In this document: positions 32,997 to 42,265 of the stretch, one piece after another
How the letters are laid out: each line of letters begins with the position of its first letter
How positions within the stretch are numbered: the first letter of the stretch is position 1
Assembly (NCBI GenBank): GCA_963845755.1
Contig: CAWJTV010000035.1
Location: 1 to 64,000, forward strand
Reading direction: 5' to 3'
DNA from: an uncultured Planctomycetota bacterium
GTDB taxonomy: Bacteria > Planctomycetota > Planctomycetia > Isosphaerales > Isosphaeraceae
DNA: 64,000 bases
Translations under genes and position numbers: made by a program
The notes under the pieces: generated by a model
Told to the model about the DNA's origin: nothing
What the model saw: the letters and a program-made list of their open reading frames with translations, nothing else
Databases searched by the model: none

Positions 32997-33946
32997 CTAC
33001 TTGTTCGCCAGCATGTTGTACATCTGGATGCCGGCGGGGCCGACGAGGACGACGAAGACGCCGGGGAAGATGAACAGCAGCAAGGGGATCATGATCTTGA
33101 CGGCCGTCTTGGCGGCCTTCTCCTCGGCGAGCTGACGTCGCCTGAGGCGCATCGAGTCGGATTGAACGCGGAGGGCCGTCCCGATGCTCGAGCCAAACTT
33201 CTCGGCCTGGATGATCACGGCGGCCAGCGCGCCACGTCATCGACTCCGGAGCGAGTCCCCAGGTCACGAAGGACATCTCTCCGCGTGCGACCCATCTGAA
33301 GCTGGAAGTTGGCGATGGCGAACTCCTCACAGAGAACCGGTGCGGACTGGCCCAGCTCGCTGGTGACCCGGCGCATCGCCGAATCCAGTCCCAGGCCGGC
33401 CTCGACGCAGACGACCATGAGGTCCAGGGCATCGGGCATTCCGAGGAATATGGATTCGGCCCGCTTCTTCTTCCGGCGTTCCAGGAGGAAGTCGGGGACG
33501 TAGAAGCCCAATCCTGCCGCTGCCATCACGTAAAGCCCGGCCGACTGCGTCATGCCGTATTTCATGACCAGTAACGGCACGGCCACCGCCAGCGCGATCA
33601 GGAGGCACATGACCTTGATGCCGAAGTACACCGCGACTGCGTTCTCCTGGCGGAAGCCCGCATTCAGGAGCTTCAGACGGATCTTTCCCAGCTCCATGTC
33701 GCTGGACGGGCCGAGCGACCGGCCCAGTTTGTTCGCCGCGGCCGTGACCTTCGCCTGGAACAGGTCCTGTTTCTTCGCCAGGCTCGCCTCCGCGGCGCCT
33801 CGGCTGGCCCCGGGGTCGAGGAGCCGCTTCAGCCGATCCTCGGCCCTTCGCGGTTGGCCTGCGATCATCCCGAGGGCCGCCCAGGCCCCCAGCGTGATCG
33901 ACACGAACACGATCAGGGGGATCAGCGTGGCATGAGACAGGATCAC
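32997..33946 (-). CDS. tadC: Tad pilus platform protein TadC (T2SS F family); frameshift near 33225
   Basis: PDALDLMVVCVEAGLGLD; second piece IIQAEKFGSSIGTALRVQSD...AEEKAAKTAVKIMIPL. Confidence 0.9.
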
Positions 33947-33952
33947 GTCGGT

Positions 33953-34933
33953 TTACACCTTGATCGCGATGATCTTCTTGATCGACAGGGCGCCGACCAC
34001 CTGGAGGATGGCCGTGATCGTCAGCATCTTGACGCCGATCGGAGTCGTAAAGAGAACGCTGATATAATCATAATTAGCGACTGAGAGGAAGGCCAGCAGG
34101 CCCGGCGGCATGGCCAGGAGAATGGCCCCGGAGAGCCGCCCTTCGGCCGTCAAGGCCTTGACATGCCCGAAGAGCTCGAACCGCTGACGGACCAGCCTCC
34201 CGATCTTGTCGAGCACCTCGGCGAGGTCGCCGCCGGTCGCGCGCTGGATGATCACCGCGATCACGAAGAACCGGACGTCGATCGCGGGGATCCGATCGGC
34301 CATGTTGCGGAGGGCCAGCTCGATGGGGATCCCGAGGTTCTGCTCCTCGAAGACGCGATTGAATTCGTCGGCGATCGGGCCTTTCATCTCCTCCGCGACC
34401 AGGTGCAGGCCGGAAGCCAGGCTGTGGCCGGCGCGTAGCGCCCTGCCGATCAACTCGACCGCGCCGGGCATGGCGGCGACGAATTGCTTGATCCGCTGGC
34501 TTCGGCGTCGCAGCAGCCAGAGGAACGGGAGCGCACCCATGAAGAGGGCTGCGAGGGGGATCGCGTAGATTGGGAGGCGGAACCCGACGCAGACCCCGGC
34601 CCCGACCAGGGCGAGCCCGCCGACCAGGAACAAGAACCGGTTGAAGGTCAGGTTGACGTCGGCTTGCTCGTAGAGCAAGTTCAAGTTCTCGGCGTTGGGG
34701 ATCATCCGGGCCCAGAAGGAGGGATGTCCCAGGTCGATCGCGGCGGGACGGGCCAGGATGCCGCTGGCGAGGTCCGCCGCCTTGGCCTTCCGCTTCTTCT
34801 TGCCGGTGAGCCCGGCGAGCCGCTCCTCGGCGCATGTTTCCGACGCCCGCGACATCACCAGGCCGAAACCGCCGATCATCACAATGACACCGACACCAAT
34901 GATCATCGAGACGATCGTGGGGTTGTTCATCAT
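33953..34933 (-). CDS. tadB: Tad pilus platform protein TadB
   Basis: RALRAGHSL, PIADEF, IQRATGGDLAEVL, KALTAEGRLS, KIIAIKV. Confidence 0.92.
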   Translation of the reverse strand: MMNNPTIVSMIIGVGVIVMIGGFGLVMSRASETCAEERLAGLTGKKKRKAKAADLASGILARPAAIDLGHPSFWARMIPNAENLNLLYEQADVNLTFNRFLFLVGGLALVGAGVCVGFRLPIYAIPLAALFMGALPFLWLLRRRSQRIKQFVAAMPGAVELIGRALRAGHSLASGLHLVAEEMKGPIADEFNRVFEEQNLGIPIELALRNMADRIPAIDVRFFVIAVIIQRATGGDLAEVLDKIGRLVRQRFELFGHVKALTAEGRLSGAILLAMPPGLLAFLSVANYDYISVLFTTPIGVKMLTITAILQVVGALSIKKIIAIKV

Positions 34934-34972
34934 TGACCTCCGGGCTGGGACCGCTTCGAGATCGCGGGATTA

Positions 34973-36465
34973 TCAATCCTTCAGGAGGATACGCTGGCGG
35001 AAGAGGTCCGCCGACAGTTGGAAGCCCGAACTTTCGAGCCGCTCCATGAAGGTCGGCCGGATGCCGGTGGCGAGGAATTCGCCGCGGGCGCGGCCGTCCT
35101 CACCGACGCCGATCTGCCGGAAGGCGAAGATCTCCTGCATGATGATCGTGTCGCCTTCCATGCCGATGACCTCGGAGATGCTCGTGACTTTTCGCGGACC
35201 ACCCTGGAGCCGGCTGGCCTGGATGATCAGGTCAACGGCGGAGGCAAACTGCGACCTCAGGGCGCAGGATCGGCAACTCGAGCCCGGCCATGCTGATCAT
35301 GGTCTCCAGCCGGCTGAGCGCGTCGCGAGGCGTATTGGCGTGAACGGTGGTCATCGACCCTTCGTGTCCCGTGTTCATCGCCTGGATCATGTCGAGCGTC
35401 TCGGCGACTCGGCACTCGCCGATGATGATCCGGTCGGGCCGCATTCGCAGCGCGTTCTTTACGAGGTCGGTCGCCGTTATGGCGCACCCGGCCTTCGATG
35501 TTGGCAGGGCGGGTCTCCAGCCTCACAACGTGGTCCTGCTGGAGCTGGAGTTCGGCCGCATCCTCGATCGTGATCACGCGATGATCCGGTTGGATGAAAC
35601 TGGAGAGCGTGTTGAGGAGCGTGGTCTTGCCCGAGCCGGTCCCGCCCGAAATGATCACGTTTAGACGCGCCTTCATGGCGCCTTCCATCAGCACCAGCAT
35701 CTCCGGCGTGAACGCCTTGAATCGGAGCAGGTCGTCCTTGGAGAGCGGCCGGGAGCCGAACATCCGGATGGTGACGACGGGGCCGTCCAGGGCCAGCGGC
35801 GGGATGATCGCATTGAAGCGAGAGCCGTCGGGGAGCCGCGCATCGACCATCGGCGAGGTCTCATCCACCCGGCGGCCGACGCGGGAGACGATCCGGTCGA
35901 TAATCTGGAGCAAGTGGTCGCTGTCGCGGAAGACCACCTCTGACCGCAGAATCCGCCCTTCCTTTTCCACGTAGATCTTCTTCGGGCCGTTGATCATGAT
36001 ATCGCCGATCTTCTCGTCCTTCAGGAGCAGCTCGAGTGGCCCGAACCCGAACGTCTCATCGAGGATCTCGTTGATCAGGCGCTGACGCTCGTTGCGGTTG
36101 AGCAGCGGGTTCTCGGTGTCGCAGAGTTGCTCGACAACCCCCCGGATCTCGTGCCGCAGCAACTTGGGATCGATTTCGCTGACCCGGTTCATATCGAGCC
36201 GGTCAACGAGACGCGTGTGGATATGTCGCTTGAGGGCCTCGAACTGCTCCTGGGCCGGATCGGGTTCCTTGACGGTCTCGACGGGACTCGGCGCGGGGTT
36301 CAACGGGCTCGTTATCGCCGGCACAGGGCCGGATACCGTCGCGGCAGCGACTGGGCCCTGAGACGATGACTCGGATCCTACGGCCCCCAGGTCGGACGAG
36401 GAGGCGCCCGCCGGGCCACACGATCGCTTTGCTCCGAAGGGCGTGCGACTTAGTCCTTTCAGCAT
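34973..36465 (-). CDS. cpaF: CpaF/TadA pilus assembly ATPase; frameshifts near 35485 and 35260
   Basis: [75 protein letters not shown]. Confidence 0.93.
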
Positions 36466-36637
36466 CGTTTCTTGCCCCCTTGTCGTTTGCCCTTGGTTCG
36501 CTCGTCGTGCAGAGTGGTCTTGTCGATATTGGTCCGGCCTAGGAAATCGGCAATAACGCACTCTGCTACACAACCATAGAGCGCTTCACAGTCGACTTGC
36601 ACTGGCTCGAGGTCCTCGACCGATCAAAACCTCCCAC

Positions 36638-36694
36638 GGATGGATGGAGGATGAGTCAGAATCGGTCTGATTCATCCTTCACCCTTCAGCCTTC
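36638..36694. repeat. Inverted heptamer-repeat hairpin between cpaE and cpaF
   Basis: ggatggatggaggatgagtcaga ... tctgattcatccttcacccttcagccttc. Confidence 0.7.
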
Positions 36695-36755
36695 CCGCAG
36701 GGAAGGGGGGTATTCGCATCGCTCGGAGGCGTGCGCTGCTCAATCGTTAAGCGCG

Positions 36756-37940
36756 CTAGAAAAACGCCGCGAACAGGCCCTTCCGCGGCTTGGCCGCCGG
36801 TTGCTCGGGCGCGGATTTCAGGGCGCGCACCATCTCGAGGAACACCTGGTGCGCACGGCTCCCTTTTGCGACATCGGCGACGGGGACTCCCTGGATTCGC
36901 GCCGCCTGGAAGATCTTGGTCGCATTGGGGATTTGCCAGGTGATCGGCATCGTCAGGGTCTCCTCGGCCTTCTTGAGGCTGATTTCCGAGTCGATCGACC
37001 CCGAACGATTGACGACGAGCTTGACCCGCTCGGCCAGCCCGTCGAACTGCTGGAGGAGGCGAATCAGCCGTGCCGTGTTACGCAGGCAACAGAGATCGAG
37101 CTGGACGATGATCAGGATGACGTCGGACATCTCGAAAGCGGCGAAGTCGGAGGCCTGGAGCCCTTTGCTCGTGTCGATCACGATCGAGCCGAAGGTCGTC
37201 TTGAGGAGGCCGAGTAGCCGGTTGAGCCTCTCGGGGTCGATCTTGGCGGCGTCCTCGATCTCAGTCGGATGAGGCAGGACGTATAGCCCGGACGCGTGGC
37301 GGGTCATCGACCGCCTGAGGAGGGTCTGATCGAGTCGTTCGAAACTCTGGAGCACGCTGTAGAGCGTATTGTCCGGGACCATGTCGAGCGTGGCGTCCAC
37401 GGCGCCGAACACGAGATCGAAATCGAGGAGGATCGTCTCGCGTTCGTGGGATGTGGCGAGGGTCGCGGCGAGATTCACCGCGATGGAGGTCGCACCCACG
37501 CCGCCGGCGGCTCCCGTGACGGAGATGATCTGGGGTCCTGATGGCGCGGCCGTGGGCAAGAAGACACGATCGCGGAGGAGCCGGTTGACCATCTCGAGCA
37601 GTTCCGACGGCTGCGTGGGCAGCGTCAGGAATTCGCGGGCTCCGGCACGCATCGCGCGAAGGATCACCGTACTGTCGCTGCTCCAGCTCGCGGGCAGGAC
37701 GGCGGTCCCGGGAAGGGAGCGCGTGAGGGTGGCGACCAGATCCACGGCCTGGCCGGGCTCAGGATCCAGGACGACGACGATCACGTCGGGAGCCATTCCG
37801 ACGACGCGTGCGGCGGCTCCCGCGTAGGCATCAAGGACCTCGGCGACCCAGATCCGGTCGATCGTCCCGAAGAATTGTCGCAGCGCGCTGCTGGATTCCT
37901 CGTTCGGATCGACCAGGACGACTCGGATCAGATCCTTCAT
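36756..37940 (-). CDS. cpaE: CpaE/TadZ (pseudo-receiver + MinD-like ATPase)
   Basis: RAMRAGAREFL, GAAGGVGATSIAVNLA, LLDFDLVFG, LVVNR; position within the tad cluster. Confidence 0.88.
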   Translation of the reverse strand: MKDLIRVVLVDPNEESSSALRQFFGTIDRIWVAEVLDAYAGAAARVVGMAPDVIVVVLDPEPGQAVDLVATLTRSLPGTAVLPASWSSDSTVILRAMRAGAREFLTLPTQPSELLEMVNRLLRDRVFLPTAAPSGPQIISVTGAAGGVGATSIAVNLAATLATSHERETILLDFDLVFGAVDATLDMVPDNTLYSVLQSFERLDQTLLRRSMTRHASGLYVLPHPTEIEDAAKIDPERLNRLLGLLKTTFGSIVIDTSKGLQASDFAAFEMSDVILIIVQLDLCCLRNTARLIRLLQQFDGLAERVKLVVNRSGSIDSEISLKKAEETLTMPITWQIPNATKIFQAARIQGVPVADVAKGSRAHQVFLEMVRALKSAPEQPAAKPRKGLFAAFF

Positions 37941-38068
37941 GGTGTTCGACTCGCGTGGTCTCGCGGGGCGGTGATGTCTCGATGGTCGGAAGGTCCGGCA
38001 CGACGCTCAGTTCGGATCAGCCTCGTCCCGGCCGAGGATTCGGAGCCGGCCCTCAGGCCAGGACTGCG

Positions 38069-39061
38069 TCAGGGTTGATCCAGATCGCCGGCCAGGGCCT
38101 CTGCCATGGGAGGGGAACCGAATGAAGGTTGCCGATTGGGGGTCTCCAGATTGACGACGGGCTCCGGGCGCGAAGCTCGCGCCTCCACCGCCTCCTGGTC
38201 GATTCGGAAGCGACGCACCTGGTTGATCCCACGATAAACCGTGGTGAAACGCGGCGCGACCGGTGTGGGACTCGGGGGCCGCGTGGAGAGCTGCGCCATC
38301 GCGTCCTTCATCGCGGCCAGTTCCTTTTCAACCTGCTTCCGACGGTCTTCCTCGAGCTTCCATCGTTTCTCCAGCGCGTCCATGTCCGGATGCTTCGCCT
38401 TGGACTCGACGACGACGACGTGATCGTTGACACCGCGGAGCGCCAGCGCCAGCGGACCCTTGGACCGGGCGGCCACGAGGATGGTGACCTGGTCGGGCGC
38501 CACCGCCAGCGTGACGGTCCGCGTCGAGAGCGTCCGCTCTTCGGCGCGGGTGAAAACCTGGCCGGACGCGAGGACCAGGATATCCTGAAGGATCGTCTCA
38601 GCCTGCTGGACGCCTTTCTCGGAGTCGTAGCGGACGACGTCCACCCGGTGTCCCGGAAGGACGAAGCCGGAAACGCCCGATTGCTCGGTGACGTCCACGG
38701 CATAGGCCCGCATCCCCACGGGGATGTTGGCGACCAGGCCGGGAGGCATCCCCTTGGGACCCAGCTTCTTCTCCACGAGGATATCGCCTTCGAGCAGGGT
38801 GGTCTTCACCCACCGCTCTTCGATGTCCTTGGTCGATGAGAAGGCACCCGGTGGGACGGCCGACTTCGCCATTCGTGTCACCTTGATCATGTCCGGCTTG
38901 AGCAGCTCCTCCTCCTTGATATCGCGCGTGGCGACCAGGACGTCCTGGGTCTCCTCCTTCACCTTTCCGGACTCCTGCGACAGCATCTGACGGCTGAGTA
39001 TCATGGCGCCCAATCCGAAGGCGATCGCCAGTCCCAGTGTCATCAAGGACTTGCCATTCAC
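38069..39061 (-). CDS. cpaB: Flp pilus assembly protein CpaB/RcpC
   Basis: SAF-like VLVATRDI, GMRAYAV, GVSGFVLPGHRVDV, ILQDILVLA, TVTLAV. GTG start with GGAGG RBS. Confidence 0.9.
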   Translation of the reverse strand: MNGKSLMTLGLAIAFGLGAMILSRQMLSQESGKVKEETQDVLVATRDIKEEELLKPDMIKVTRMAKSAVPPGAFSSTKDIEERWVKTTLLEGDILVEKKLGPKGMPPGLVANIPVGMRAYAVDVTEQSGVSGFVLPGHRVDVVRYDSEKGVQQAETILQDILVLASGQVFTRAEERTLSTRTVTLAVAPDQVTILVAARSKGPLALALRGVNDHVVVVESKAKHPDMDALEKRWKLEEDRRKQVEKELAAMKDAMAQLSTRPPSPTPVAPRFTTVYRGINQVRRFRIDQEAVEARASRPEPVVNLETPNRQPSFGSPPMAEALAGDLDQP

Positions 39062-39127
39062 AAGGATTCCTCCCTTCAGGCCGGCTCGTGAGCCGGTCGC
39101 TTGCACACGGGCGACCCGATGGCCGCA

Positions 39128-39670
39128 TCAGACGAGGAGGCCGGCCCATGCGAAATAGGAGATCGTCCCGACAGCGATCGGGATCCCGTACGGGAGTAGG
39201 AGCATCTCCGGCTTGCGCCGGCCGGCGATCTCGGAAAGCGCCGAGGGATCCCTGACCGTGAGGACCTCGCGATAGATCGTGTGCATCAGGGCAAGATGAT
39301 GGAATAATTCTTTCGAGTAGATCATCATTGCCAGGCCCATCAGTCCCCCCATCATCGCCGACGAGAGGAAGGCCCAGGTGGTCAGTGTCGGTCCGATCCA
39401 GGCACCAACTCCGACCATCAGCTTGACATCACCGGCCCCCATGCCACCGATCGCATAGAGTGGCAGCAGAGTCATCAGGCCTACGGCGGCGCCCGCCAAT
39501 GCCCAGAGCAGGTGGCCGCTGCCCCCGCTCCAGTAGGCGAAGAGCAAGCCGCCCAATGCGAAGTGGCAGGTCAGCCAGTTGGGCACGCGAGACGCGCGGC
39601 CGTCGATGATCGCCGCTTCGATGAGGACGATCGATACGAGGTAGGCAACTTCCCGAGGAATCTCGGTCAT
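39128..39670 (-). CDS. cpaA: Prepilin peptidase A24 (CpaA/TadV)
   Basis: AAIIDGR..RVPNWL, GGMGAGDVKLM, LPYGIPIAVG. Confidence 0.92.
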   Translation of the reverse strand: MTEIPREVAYLVSIVLIEAAIIDGRASRVPNWLTCHFALGGLLFAYWSGGSGHLLWALAGAAVGLMTLLPLYAIGGMGAGDVKLMVGVGAWIGPTLTTWAFLSSAMMGGLMGLAMMIYSKELFHHLALMHTIYREVLTVRDPSALSEIAGRRKPEMLLLPYGIPIAVGTISYFAWAGLLV

Positions 39671-39792
39671 GAACGACGTCTCCCAGTCTATCGATTCCCG
39701 CCTCAACTGACACGGGGATGGCCCGGCGCCGCCCGGTCAACTATCAGAAACGTGCTTCGGATCCGGCATCCTGTCAAATCCCAGGGCCGGAA

Positions 39793-39861
39793 ATGGCAAG
39801 TGGCAAGCGACGAGTGAGCAGGGAGCGGTTCTGCGTCCACTGCCCACTTGTCGCTTGCCAC
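39793..39861. repeat. Inverted heptamer-period hairpin between flp and cpaA
   Basis: gtggcaagcgacgagtg (39800-39816) versus cacttgtcgcttgccac (39845-39861), 16/17 complementary. Confidence 0.75.
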
Positions 39862-39987
39862 GGTCATGAGGGTGACGGGGCTAACTTGCCCGCAGAACCG
39901 AGGGGATTGTCAGGGACAGTCCGAGCGGCGGTATTCGGCGCCGCACGGACGCGTCGGTGAGGACCGAGCCGGATCGGGCAAAGTCTT

Positions 39988-40012
39988 GACCTCCGGAGAG
40001 GAACCGGAGGTC
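39988..40012 (-). terminator. Stem-loop downstream of flp (terminator or mRNA stabiliser)
   Basis: GACCTCCGG-7nt-CCGGAGGTC perfect 9 bp stem; no strong U-tract. Confidence 0.35.
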
Positions 40013-40096
40013 GGGATCGAGGGAATGGACCCGAACACGTGGTCGGATGAGATGACGGCGGCCAGCAGCTTGCATCGTGTTCCGTTGATCAAGGCA

Positions 40097-40276
40097 TCAG
40101 GATCCGCCGAGCGTGCTGCTGACCGAGCTGAACGTCCCACTGACGCTGCCGGACAGTCCCTTCACGACCGTGACAAGGGCCACGGTGATCAGGGCCAGCA
40201 TCACGGCATACTCGACGGCCGTCGGGCCATCCTCGGAAGTCAGGAAGCGTCGAACTTTCGCGATCATGCCGTTCAT
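40097..40276 (-). CDS. flp: Flp family type IVb pilin
   Basis: MNGMIAKVRRFLTSEDG/PTAVEYAVMLALI; AAGGAG RBS upstream. Confidence 0.93.
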   Translation of the reverse strand: MNGMIAKVRRFLTSEDGPTAVEYAVMLALITVALVTVVKGLSGSVSGTFSSVSSTLGGS

Positions 40277-40435
40277 GTTTTGGACTCCTTCGTGAGAGCG
40301 TCGCAAGAAACGGGGTGGAAACCAGGATCTTAGCTTTGGTCTACCGGTGGGTCGGGACGACCTGGCGACCTGGGCTCTAGCCGTGCCTATCAGCGGCTCC
40401 AAGGCCCTCGCACCCACATCACCAAGCTCATTCGA

Positions 40436-40465
40436 ACCCTAGGTCATGGGGCAGAACCTTGTCAA
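40436..40465 (-). promoter_or_regulatory. Possible sigma70-type promoter for flp
   Basis: TTGACA-N18-TAGGGT on the minus strand, ~160 bp upstream of the flp ATG. Confidence 0.35.
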
Positions 40466-40677
40466 AATCCCCGAATCATGCCGGCTCACCAGGACGGCGA
40501 ACATGTTGACGTGAATCACCGCGCATTCTCGAATTCCACCATGGCCGGATCGCCGTTCGTGCGGTTCGGCTGGCCCGGCGCGTTCCTCTCGATGTGGTGA
40601 TTCCTTGATCAGCGAGTCGCCTTCGCCCCATCGGCGAGAAAGTTGGGGTGAGTTTCTCGCGCGGGATTCTCGGCGCC

Positions 40678-42015
40678 TCAAGGTGTGCTCGCAGGTCGAA
40701 TCTGATTCAGGGCGCCGAAGAAAACAGGACGGAGTCGGGCATCCAGCCAGGGCTGATTCAGGACCCAGTCGAGGTTCTTCCGATACTGGTCGTCGCCGAG
40801 GCCGACGATCCGGGCCCCACAACGAGTCAGCGCCAGGGCCCCGGCGAGGTTGTAGACGACCCTCGCGACGTCAACCGGCATCGAGGTTTCGTGTCGATCC
40901 ATGATGCGCACGGCGTTTCCGTCTTGACTTTGCCTCGCGGCCCTGTGGACGCGCTTGGCGAACGATTTGATCCGTCGGAGCAGGACCGTCAGCTCTTCGC
41001 AGGGCATGGTGGAGAGCCCGGGATGCGCTCCCTCCACGAGCGACCTCAGATGGAAGGGCGTTGCGGTGGCGCGGGGCCGTCTCGTGCCATTTCCCGGACG
41101 CGAGTGGCGGATCGCATCCGAGAGGACGGGCCCGATCTCTTCCCAGTCATCCACGTATTCCCTCATGGGCATTTCCAGCCAGAATCCGAGCAGGATTCGC
41201 AGCTCGTCCTGGCGGATCTCCGGCGAATCCAAGGCGCCGGCCTCTTCGGCGGCGGACGACCGCACGGCCAGGTCGAGGGAAGAACCGGGGGACGCTTCCG
41301 GCCCAGGGGCCGGGTCCATGAGAAAGGCCAGCCAGAGCCGGTGATTCTTCGATGTGCGGAGGATTTCCAGCAACTCCTGGAACCGCTGTTCGGCGGTCAG
41401 GCTTTCGGTGGGATCGGCGGGGATCAGTGCCGGGAGGATGCGCCGGAAGACGCGCTTGACGGTCGTGATCCGGTTGTCCAGGAACACCGGCCCCTGGTTG
41501 GGAAACATCGCCAGCAGCTCCTCGCGGGTCTTCGGGACACGTCCTGGGATCAGCGGGGCGAGGACCAGCTCCTCGAAGATCATCCAGTGCTCCGGCTTCC
41601 CTTCCGCGAGCAGGTGCTTGCGGACGCGCCCCACGGTCAGGTGGAGCACGCTCAGGGCATACGACTCGTCAGCGTCGAACGCGGCATCATCGGCGCCGGC
41701 CCCGCGCGGATCGGCCGGCTCTCGCATCTCGAAGGTGTCGAGACGTTCGGGCCGCCGCCGGATCTTCCGCAATTCGTCCAGGGCATGGTGGCGCGCCGAG
41801 ACGTAGAGCCAGTTGCGAAACCGTCCCGTGATCGCGGGGCGATTCGTCAGGATGTCCCGCTCGTAAAGCTTCAGGAAGAAGCTCTGCGTGAGATCTTCGG
41901 CAAGGTCTTTCCCGACGAACGACAGCAATCCGAGCGCGGTAAGAATCGGCTCGTAGTACGCGTCCAGGAATCGGTCCCACGATTTGAAGTTCTCGGCGAC
42001 GGTCAACGCGAACAT
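40678..42015 (-). CDS. ECF-like sigma factor with long C-terminal extension
   Basis: Sigma2-like WDRFLDAYYEPI...AEDLTQSFFLKL...GRFRNWLYVSARHHALDELRK; divergent sigma4-like segment; over 200 aa extra C-terminal domain. Start codon uncertain. Confidence 0.7.
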   Translation of the reverse strand: MFALTVAENFKSWDRFLDAYYEPILTALGLLSFVGKDLAEDLTQSFFLKLYERDILTNRPAITGRFRNWLYVSARHHALDELRKIRRRPERLDTFEMREPADPRGAGADDAAFDADESYALSVLHLTVGRVRKHLLAEGKPEHWMIFEELVLAPLIPGRVPKTREELLAMFPNQGPVFLDNRITTVKRVFRRILPALIPADPTESLTAEQRFQELLEILRTSKNHRLWLAFLMDPAPGPEASPGSSLDLAVRSSAAEEAGALDSPEIRQDELRILLGFWLEMPMREYVDDWEEIGPVLSDAIRHSRPGNGTRRPRATATPFHLRSLVEGAHPGLSTMPCEELTVLLRRIKSFAKRVHRAARQSQDGNAVRIMDRHETSMPVDVARVVYNLAGALALTRCGARIVGLGDDQYRKNLDWVLNQPWLDARLRPVFFGALNQIRPASTP

Positions 42016-42265
42016 CGGTACACACTCCGAGCGATCCCGATCCATCCCCCGGATCCCCGACGGCGGGAGCACCTTCGGAGGCGGATTCCCATCATACCAG
42101 AGACGTCCGCTCGACGTCTGACTTGCGCACGACGGCAGAAAGAGCACTCACTTGGTTGGGGGTCGTCGCATCAGTTAGAATCGCGAAATGGCATCCAGAC
42201 TGTGCGTGTGCCTCCATCCGGCCATCTGCGATGGGATTCCGAAGCTGGGACGACCGATCAATCCG

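Noticed and set aside
40277..40440. c-di-GMP riboswitch in the flp leader
   Set aside because: Could not match class I or class II consensus elements by eye; an Rfam/Infernal scan would be decisive.
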